Below are positions 27,374 to 38,704 of a stretch of DNA of 64,000 nt, piece by piece. Origin of the DNA: Chrysomallon squamiferum (lineage: Eukaryota; Animalia; Mollusca). A model generated the notes under the pieces. The model ran no database searches. It was not told the origin of the DNA and saw only the letters and a list, made by a program, of their open reading frames with translations. Every line of letters begins with the position of its first letter. Positions within the stretch are counted from its first letter, which is position 1. Made by a program: the position numbers and the translations under genes. The stretch is taken from contig CM022672.1 in the NCBI GenBank assembly GCA_012295275.1, positions 3,906,001 to 3,970,000 on the forward strand, given 5' to 3'.

Positions 27374-30300
27374 ACACCGTGACTTGAACTCAGTGCATCT
27401 GATAGCAGCTACAGCAGCCCAACAGCTGAGCAAGTCATTCATCTCATTCCCGCTCAGAGATTCACAAAGTAATTTGCTGCTTTGTTTTGATTTTCTCTCA
27501 TTCATATCATCAGGAATTTAAAAAAGAAAGAGGAAAAAAAAAAGAAAATAATAATTGAAAAATGGTTTGCTTTAACTTGTAAAATGCTGATGTTAGAATT
27601 TATTGATTTTTGTTTTTAAAACAAACAGTATTTTGGATAATTTTATTATGCTTGTTATAAAAAAAATTTTAATTTTTTTTTTTCTCACTATATTCTGTTT
27701 CTGAAATAAAACAAATGCCCTAGCTAGCTTCATTTGACCTTGATAAAGTTTGAATCTAAATGGAAATTAATATTGGTCACCCACACAGTACTGTGGCATC
27801 TCTGACCTATGGAGGACCTTTTATGTAAACAACTCCCTCCTTTTTGTAAACATACCTCCCCATGTTAGTGAGGTCCCTATGGACACATATCATTCAACAA
27901 TCCTTTCAGGCCCTGACAGCTGCTTAAATTCGATTGGTTAAAAACTGTTTGAAAGTTGTTCTGATTGGTCAGATAGGTGGTCTTTTTCCATTTTTGACTG
28001 GCTAGACAGCTGACCACTTCACTACTGATTGGATGAGTTCATTTAATGGCTGGCGACATTTTGTTTGAAAGTTGGGTTTTATTTTCTTTCCATTACAACC
28101 GTGAAGTAGTACATTGTTTGAAACTGTCGGGGTTAATTGATATGATGATTGCTCTCCCCTTGAGACTCTTGTTGTTGGTTAAGTTTGATTTTCTTAACAA
28201 ACCTGGCCATTAGCCTAGCACGGCTCCACTCTTCTCTTTAATTTGGTGTTATGCAAGCCTCCACCAACTGAAAACAGATGTGAAAGTCCTGTACAACAAT
28301 TTTACATCATTGTTATTTCAGGCTGGAAAACTGCTTAAATGATAAATTAGAAAAGGAATTTTCCCCCAACAGTGTTTAAAATACCATAATAAGGATGTTT
28401 AAAAACAAACTGATGAATGAAAATAGACAAAAATTAGAATAAAATGCAGGTAACAGAAAGATGAGGAATAAATTATAATATTATAATTCAGCTGTTTAAA
28501 ATGGTTTTAAGATTTTGCTGCTGTTTTCGAACATCCTTTTATTCAGTCAGAAATAACTGTAAAATACAAAACTGAAATAAATTAGTTTATTTATGTTTAT
28601 GAGTTGCATTGAGTGCAGTCTGTTGTCTGATATAATCTAATTGCTTTTACTATATTCCACATTAAATTTAAGGCCATTAAACATTTTACATTAATTTATT
28701 TTATTTTTGTTATTATTATTATTATTTTTATATTTATTATTATTATTATTATTATTATTAAATTTATTTTTTTAAAACAAACATGTTATGTAAGATTCTT
28801 TGATTATTATTATTATAACTTACTTATATTATTTATAATGTTTGTTGAATATTTTTTTTTTTTTCTCTCTTTCCAAAAAGCATACATGTTACAGGTGCCA
28901 ATTAGTGTTAGCAGTGAGCAGATCTGCTCCTCCTGCCCCTCCTTCTCCTCCTTCTCCTGCAGATGGGTTAGAAAAAGTTCAAGCCTGCAGCTAACAAGCT
29001 TATGTCTTACGGTGGTGTGTCTTTGATTTGTTTGTAACCTAATCACTGGCCTGGTGTAGGAAGTTACATACTCTCATAAAATTAAATATGTGAGGAATTA
29101 GGGCTGGCATAATTAGCTCAGTTTTCTAGTGCTGGCGTCTAATGAGCTTGTATCCGTGTATCAACAGAACACTGGGGAGGAGGGTGATGGGAAAGTGTCA
29201 GATGCACAACAAATACAAGATGAGTGGTGGGGGGGGGGGGTGAGAGGAGTTGTTTAAGTTTCAACAGAAGGCTGGTGAGGATAACAGGGTCAGATACTAT
29301 ACCAGTTATAGTGGGTTGTTTGAAAGCAACAGAAGGCTGGAGTGGGTGATAAGGTGACATAAAGAGGGGGTGGACGTAAAGGATTTTGAATAAACAGAGA
29401 AATGGGGAAAATAATGAATACGGGTAATATAGATAAACGTATTGGTATCTGAAGGGTTTTTGCACCAACAGAAGGCTGGGATATGGGTAGAGAAGGTGTG
29501 GGGTGTAAGTGCTTGAGAAATGAAAAAGTCTTAGAGATGCTGAAGCAAAATGGTATACCCTGGGTACAGAAGGAATGGGGTGAGATTGAAGATTTATGAA
29601 GTGAAGTGAAGGCAGATACATGACAGGGTAGAGCAGTTATAGTAGACATGGTTGTAACAACAGGTGCAGAAGGGTTGGAGTGGAATCTTTTGTGAAAACT
29701 GGAGACTGGTTGAAAGAGCTCTGGTGCTTGTTGAGAAAACATGAAATTTGTGTTACCTGGGACATGGGCATTTTACAACTGGCTTTTCTAAACTTTAAGA
29801 TCTAAAAATGGCTACAAAAATAATGGCTCTTCATATTGAAAAAATAAGTTAGACATTCTTCAGCATAACAACTGAAGCAACAAAGATGTTGCCACATTTA
29901 TTTCAAATATTTTTGTATAAAAGCGAGACAAACCAGACATGCCAGAATGCAACAATTCAGAGTTCACTGACATAAAAATACATGGAACTACACATATATT
30001 GTAAAAGTTGGGTTTACAGAATTAAAATATAAATTTTATTCAAACTCTTTCATAGAGTATGACACTTCACTGACAAAACATAAAACTCACACGTTTCAAA
30101 GATTTTTTTATTTTTATTTTTATAAATAAATAAAATATATATATATATTTATTTATTTATTTATTTATTTATTTATTAAGTTCCAAAAAGCAGTAAGTTA
30201 CTAATACTACAAAGGATATCTGTATTTATTGACCAAATGATTATGATCAGCTGAAATGTGTGAAGACATTTGTTTTAAAATAAATGTTAAACTGATAACA

Positions 30301-30611
30301 GGATCTTGAAAATCATTTTTATCATGACAGTGCTAACATACTCATAGAAAAAGGTCAAACTGGTGGCTTCAAAAAGAACAATAGATGCCATATTATTGTC
30401 TTGGGTGGGTGTGTCCTGCTTGTGTTTGACATATGATTGGCAGGTGTCAGAACATAAAATCAGCTTTAAGATATCAGAAGTGTCAAACATTTGCTGATTT
30501 ATATCTGTTCTTTCACTTTTTCTTTTTCTTTTTCTTCTTTTTTTTTTTTACTTTTTATTCTTATTAGTGTTTATTTTCTTTTTTATTAAATTTTGTTTAT
30601 ATATACATATA

Positions 30612-30663
<52 letters not shown>

Positions 30664-31709
30664 TTTTTTTTCTTTTTGGAGTGTGATCTTTCAAGTTTTT
30701 ATGTGTTGGGGGGGGCTTTTTTGTTGTTGTTGTGGTTGTTGAATAATAAATCTAGGGTGAAATTTATAAAAATGCTTTGCTAACCTCTGAATACAGTGCT
30801 TTTCATACATAATAATATACAAAAGAGCTCTTCAACAAAGTGTATTTTTTATTGTTTTACTCATATTTGTTTGACCTATGTGTAAAGCTGTTGATGTCAG
30901 AAAAGGTAATCTGTTTGTGATTGTGTGACATTTGGCATTATTCATTACAGGTGAGTTTCATTATATGCTGATAACAAGACACCTTTCTTTCTGTCCTTTT
31001 TTTTTTCCCACTACTAGTTACTTTTGTAAACAAAAGTTTATTGTCTGAGTAGGTACTTGCTGATAACACAAAAAATCAAGATGGCGCCCATGGGGGAGAT
31101 AAGAAAGTTCAAATGCTCAGTAAGGTGATGGGAAAATTCTGGTACATCATTGTGAAGTAATGTTTCAGCTAGTGGTTTGTTTAGCATCATCAGAAACATA
31201 GCTGTGATTTTATTTTTGATTTTTACAGGGTTGACTCAGACCACTTGGATATGTATCAGTATTTAAAAATGTCAACCAAGATATGCAATGCCTTGTTGTT
31301 TTAGATGAACACAAAAATTATGCAGACTTTTGTTTTTCTAAGTCCATTTTATCACAATAAATACAAAATTATTTTTTGCATAAATACTTCTATCAATAGG
31401 ACTTTAAAAAGGAGTTTAAAACTGTTTTTTAATACATTTTTTTAATAATAACAGATTATGATTCAGATGCATTTGTTTACTTTATTAAATACAACTGTTG
31501 TCATGTAAAATGCATTTGTTCAAGATAAGATTAGCTATAACCCAGATAGATGTAGATCTTAAAAACAATATGTCTGAGTGATAATACTGTCCAAACAACT
31601 AATCTTTGATATGATAAGTGTGGGAATCAGTCAGTTTTACTGATAACCTAGATAGGGCAAGACAAATAGCTTTTAAACACATTAATAAAAAACAATAATA
31701 ATAATAATA

Positions 31710-31754
<45 letters not shown>

Positions 31755-31829
31755 TTGGTACTATTGTTTTTATCATTATTATCATCATCATCATCATCAT
31801 CATCATCATTATTGTTGTTATTATTTTGG

Positions 31830-31871
<42 letters not shown>

Positions 31872-34800
31872 TTTTATTATTGCTTTATTGATGTTGTTGA
31901 TATTGTATCTTCTACTGTTGTTAAATTAGAAGTTGAAATGGAAATGTATTATATTTGTTTTTATTTTTTAACTAGGACTGTTTTTATTATTTTGTGCACG
32001 TCAGTGTATATTCATTCAATTTAAACAAGAAGAAAAGGAAAAGAAAATGGCAGAACAGAAGTTCAAAAGTCATAAATCTGTTTCCATAACACACAAGTAC
32101 TTGGTGAACTGTGCTGCCATGTCAGTGTTAATGTAAAAAATGTGTAAATTTTTTTTTCTTGTTTTCTAGTGTACTGATGATGTGTTTTTGCACAAAACAA
32201 GCAGAGCATGTTAATATTTTCTTTTTTAATACCTTTTTCATCAACACTCACTCCCACGCTTACATAACTAAATGATTTTCACCACCTAGCTTTCTGATAT
32301 GTTGAGAGCCAGACAAGCACACATGCAGTCACATTCATGTACATACACACATACATACACACAGAGACACACACACACACATACACACAAACACACACAC
32401 ACACACACAGGCACACAGGCACACAGAAATACATACATAAACACTTTCCTCTTCCTTATCCATGCAGTCTTGAGATATTAAATGACTGTTCAGACTTTCA
32501 GTCCTACCCTCACACCACCCCCAAATGTTTAACATATGCAAGTCTTCAACTCTCTCTCTCTCCCACTCACAAATGATTAATGTGTGCACACATTCCCCCC
32601 CCCACCACCACCAGTGCAAACACTGCAGTTAACAAACCCGCAAGTTGCTACTTTTTCAACAATGCGCACACAACAGTTTCCACACTCTTCAACTCAAGTC
32701 TTTTTCTGACCCAGCGCAGTCTATGAAATTCTCGTTGCCTTTTTTGTGACAAGTTCCCACATCTGGTAACCCAGAGTCCATTGTGAGCCTTTGAATGGTT
32801 ACCCCCTTGCCTCTCCTGGTTGTCTAGTGTTTGGATATTGTGTGATCAAGTAACCAATCTTCTGTGTTACCCCCATATCCCAACAATGGCAAACAGAGAT
32901 GCAGTGCAGGACTTGCTCTATGAAAAAGCAATTATCTGTCAGTGTGTTCACCACCAGTCCTTTTCAGAACAGAGACCTGAGCAGAGGAACACAACTGATT
33001 TTCTCTGGTTAACTTGAGAAAGAAGAGTGGTGGTTGTTTGATCTGCCATGTTGGCAAACAGAAAGGGAGATAAATTCTGATTTTTTAAACATTTTTTTAA
33101 AGAAATTATTGTATGTATATAAAAGATTAATTTTGTTAATTAATGTTTATTTAATTTTGAGTAATATTTTTCTTCTCTTTTTTCAGTTTATTGGGATATT
33201 TCAGTTTATGTTATTTTTATTTTCCCAAAATAAGTTTGTATTTTTTTAAATATTAATTTTATTTGTTATAAGAAAGAATGTTTTATTTAAAAGAGAAAAG
33301 TCATTTTATCTTTTATTCCATAAAAACAATACCAAAATTTTAAATAATTTATTTGCATTAATATATTTTTTTATATATTTATTTGAATCTTACAGTTGTA
33401 TTCCTTTTGTCAAATATGCACAAATATAATTATTTGTCTGACTTTCTTGGAAAGAAATGCTTTCAATTGTTTCATGTTTTACATCAGCACATTATTAAGA
33501 GGCTGGTTAATACTGTCAAGTTTGTTCAAGTGCTCAGATAAAGCCGTCCACATTCATTAATCACTCACAGAAATTAAAGTGCAGTCCAGTTAAACTTTCT
33601 GTGGTACAAAACTTTGTTAAATCCTCTGGCTGTAATACATTAAGACATAATAATTCCCAATTTTTCCAATGCTTTTTACAGTGATCCGTGGACACACATT
33701 GGAATTAGCCAATATTTGTGGCTGTTGGGTTGTTTTTGCAGTGATTCATTAGAGAATGATTCACAACAAGACGGGAGTGGCTACAAATGACAACAGCAAG
33801 GGAGACATGAATATTCCTTTCTCTTGGTGCAGGAGGGGGGGTTGAAGTGGTTGTGTTTCAAGAGGGGGTGAATAATAAAATGGCTACTAAAATGACAATG
33901 CCCAGGCAGACCTGAATTATTTGTTTTTCTTCGAGGTGGGTTGATACTTGTTGGGGGTGCTGAAGGGAAGTGCAGAATGACACATGTAAAGAAAAGCTTC
34001 AGGGAAGATAATCCACAAAATTAAAGGTTTTTGTGAAATGAGATACTTCACTGTTGTCAGATGAATGTATTTTATTCCTCAAATGCATAGCTTTGTTCTG
34101 CTCCGTGAAGATTCACTGAAAATGCAGGGAAATGAGAGCGACACTGTCAGTTCTAATCACTGAAATGTTAATCATCTGTCGGCATTGATTACCAACAGCT
34201 TGATGTTCTTTTGTTCTTGTGGCATCAAGTCCTGCTTGACGATACTCTGTCGCATCATATTATATCAGAAAACTTTTTATGTCCTTTCTGCCGCCAGCTT
34301 TAGACCTGTGTCAGAAGATAAACTGCACAAGCCAAAACACAAGACTCCCGTTAAAGCTGGTTAAAGCTGGAAAATGTGCGAAATCGCGGGACACAAAGCT
34401 TAGAATGCTGACAGCAAATCTTACTTACGGTGAAATCATGTACTCCACTTGGAAGAAATTATCCAAACTTTGTTCACACCACATGTGTTTGACAAAAAAA
34501 AAAAAAAAAAAAGAGTAAAACTAGAAAGAACCAAAAAAAAGGTGTACTTGGTAAACTCTTGAGGTCTGATAGTGAGTGGAGAAAAGTAAACTGTGAAAGC
34601 CATTGAGAAATCAAATCCTTTTCCCTCCATTGAGGAATGGTTACCTGTTTTAAGATGCACACACTAATAATATCTGCTAGAGCAATTGACTTTTTTCTGC
34701 CTAAACAAACTGTTAGTGCATTTAAGGGTAGTGTACTGGAAACCTGATCTGCCAAATGTTGTTTCCTTCTGTTCAGCGGAACACTGACAAACAAGCTGTG

Positions 34801-35172
34801 ATTTACACTGAAGTGCAGCCAGTGTTCGTAGACTCCTTATCACAACTGATTTAAAACTTTTTTTGTTTGTTGTTTGTTGTCGTAACATGCAGCCAGAGTG
34901 GTAAAATTTAGAGTTATCCAAAATAAAGTCAAGTTCCCAAAACAAATTAAATTGGACTAAAAGTTTTGTTTTTTTATTAATGTTTTTGTTGGAACTTACA
35001 GCCAAAGTGGTAATTAATTGTCACCAAAAATAAGCTGAAAGGTTCCCAGTGCAGTTTTATTTTTATATTATTTTTGTTCTTGGAACATGAAGCCAATGTG
35101 GTAATTACAAAAGTTGTCAAAAATGAAGTTAGATTTCTTTCACAACTGATTTTAGAGTGCTTTGCATATATA

Positions 35173-35229
<57 letters not shown>

Positions 35230-35285
35230 CCATTGCATTCATCAAAAATGAATTTAAAATTTTTATTGTAACTAATGACACATTT

Positions 35286-35316
<31 letters not shown>

Positions 35317-35859
35317 GAATTGTTTGTTGAAACTACAGCTGTTGCTGCCTATGTTGTTCAGGTGGTGATATGGGAGACATGTGAACCACACAGTAAGGTT
35401 CCCATCACAGCTGATTGATGTGATTTTATCATTTATTATTTGTTGTTAGGAACTGAGGAAAATCCTCAGGTTTCCAAACATAACTGATAATGAAGGTAGT
35501 TAATAAAACTTGTTTATTGATACCAACCCATGGGCAAATATAGAAAAGGGAGGAGAGAATAAGCTTTTTTTTTTTTTCTTTTTTTTTTATCAGAAAATAT
35601 TTTTCTTTTTCTATTAAAAAAAAAGAAGTAGTAATAATAAAAAGGAGACTGAAATTACAGTAAAGTGATACAAGCAATTAGTGGCTGGCTTTGAATCCAT
35701 TGCCACGCTAAAGTGCAAAAGACAATTTTAGACATTTGTGTAAAAGCTTATGAAGTAACTTGAGCAGGTTTCTTATCTTCTGTACTGTTATATGCATCCA
35801 GACAAAAATAATCATAATTGTTAGTTAATATCTTTTAAAACCAAAAATTACTGATGATT

Positions 35860-35893
<34 letters not shown>

Positions 35894-38151
35894 GTTGATT
35901 TATTTAATTTATTTTATTTTATTATTTTCATTTCTTTGTTTCATTTTATTTAGTTAGTTATTTATTATTCTTTTTTTTTTTTTTCTTTGCTGTATCCAGT
36001 AGATGGATTTGATCACCTAAACTTTTATACATCATAATTACACTGTGTTACTGTCTTCATTCACATACATATATTCATACACAAACACACACACATATAC
36101 ACATACATAGACATACCCACACATCATTCACCCATATACATACACACACACAAATAAACACACACAAACACATTCACAGACATATTCACACATACATAGT
36201 CATATTCACCCATCATTCACCCATATATAAACACACACAAATAAACACACATCCACATACATAGACATATTCACACATCATTTTTCTTTGTACACAAAAA
36301 GATTTCACTGACAACCATGCTTGATATGAGAGAAGCTAACAAGCCCAAGTGACAGGATTTGAATGGAAAACATACACTCTGTAATTGTTTGGTCACGCTG
36401 GAACTTTTGATGGGCTCACAAAGGAGTCACCGATGTGGCACGCTGCATACAGCAACGCTTGTAATCTGCTGAATCTGTGGCCATTCTGCGATTGTAGCAC
36501 GGGTGAATTAGTATAGAGGAGTAGCTAGCGGTGGATGGTGGGTAGGAATCCTGCTGTATGGTCGCTCCATCAGGTCTCGCTAAGCCTCATTGTGTCGGTG
36601 AATGGGTCGTGGTGTGAACAAATCAAAATCCTGCTGTGCAATCATGATAGGCTGCAGATCAAAGGCCTCCCGCAGGCCTTTCACCAGCTCTTACAGTATA
36701 TCGCAGCTCAGCCTTCATTGCATCATTATTCTTCTTATTTAACTTGACAGGCTTTGTCGTTTTGGTGAGGCTGAGGGGTTTGTTTTTTTACCATTGAAAA
36801 GAACGTTGTGATTCCTTTTTATTTTTTTTAAAGTTGATAGATAATAACTGTTATGCATGTATTTAACAGTGTGCTGGTAAAATTGGCAAATCCTTAATTG
36901 CCTTCTTAAAAATGACTAGTTGTGATGTCTGTATTTCTTTCTACTTTAATTCTTCTCAGTCCCCCTCTCTCTCTCTCTCTCTTCTTAAAATTTTTCTTTC
37001 TGATACTAAAATAACTTTCTTTTAAGATTTTTGTTTCCTTTATTTTTTTAAAATTTTACATACAAACAGATTCAGGGAACAAACAGGTCAAAGTAAAGTA
37101 AGAACATGCAAGTTTTAACGTTTATGATGATTCTGTGCTGGTTCAGAGGTTAGAGAACAAGACAGAAACATAACAGGATCAATTCCCACTCCAGCCATTA
37201 CCTTATGACAGGTTTATGAAAAATCACAGAACACGTTATGCTATTCTTTGTGAAGTAACATATAAAAGATCCTTTTGTTGCTAATCAAACACAAATAACC
37301 TTTGGCACAATATTATTTGGTGTCCCTTCTCATAATAAATGAACTGTTCCTTATCCATCAGTTCTGATGTCTTATAACTGTAGATAACTGTAGATAAACT
37401 GTATGTATATATATATATATATATAAAGATATATATATATATATAGGCATTTAGTGCAAAGTTAATAAAACATATCTTCCATATCTTTTAAAAGAAAAGA
37501 AAAGCCAATGTGACATTTAAAACCTGACACTGCTGCTTTCTTCAGCTTCTCACTCTGACATTTGTGTGTGAGTGAACCTTCCCTACTTTGTGTGTGTGCA
37601 GCAACTGATCAGCTCTTCCTGCCGAGGGCTTGTGTTTTTATGGACAGAGTCTGTGCTCAGTCTCGGGCTGTGACGCACATATCAGTGGCTCGATCTGTCT
37701 GATGTTCTTTTAAAACATTCCTCAAGTAGCTTTAAATATTTAAAAAAAAAAATAATAAAATAAAAAAATGGGACTTGTTCATTTTTTACTGTTTTACCAC
37801 ACATCGCGACCGCCATAAATCTGGGTTATAAATGTTGCACGCTCTTCTTTTTATCGAGTGAAAAAAAATATTCTCTCTGCGATAATTTTTGTGTTTCTTT
37901 TAGATTTTTTTTATTTTTTTTATTTTAAAATTTGATTTAGTTACTGTAATAGTAACCCTTTTTTTTTTTATGAAAAGTGTAAAATAAAATATATTTGTTT
38001 ATTTATTTATCTATTTTGTACTTAAACACTGAAATTTCATCTTTTATTAACTGTGTGTGTTAATGTTCATATCACATATCTGTATACAGACACATGTATC
38101 TTTTCTTGTCACTGATTTAAATTGTGTGTGTATCCATGTTCACAAGTACCT

Positions 38152-38201
<50 letters not shown>

Positions 38202-38655
38202 CCATTCCATCACCATTCATCAGTTGTGTATGGAACCATTAACTCGTTTCTGAAAATCACATGTTTCACTTGGTGCAGTTTCAGAATGGCAGTAACTGAC
38301 GTGAAAATAAGCATACCAAGTTGTGATTGCTCTGTTCAATATTTAATGAAACCTCTCTCGCCCAGCTTCCATTGTTTCATCCTGACGCTTACACATTTCT
38401 TAATAATGGCTTCCATGACAGTGGCAATGTGGTTAATATTTTAAATCGGTTAAACGTTGTTTCAAATTTGTTTCTTGTCTTCTTGCGTTTTTCTCCTCCA
38501 CATAATCTGGACTAAATTTACAACATTTGCCATAGAAGATGTTAGTATTTAGAAATTATTGTTTTAGGATGTAAATTATTGTTTTACAAATCAATAGTTT
38601 TTATTCATAATTATTTATTTACTTATTATTATTTTGATTGTTGTTATTATTGTTG

Positions 38656-38704
<49 letters not shown>

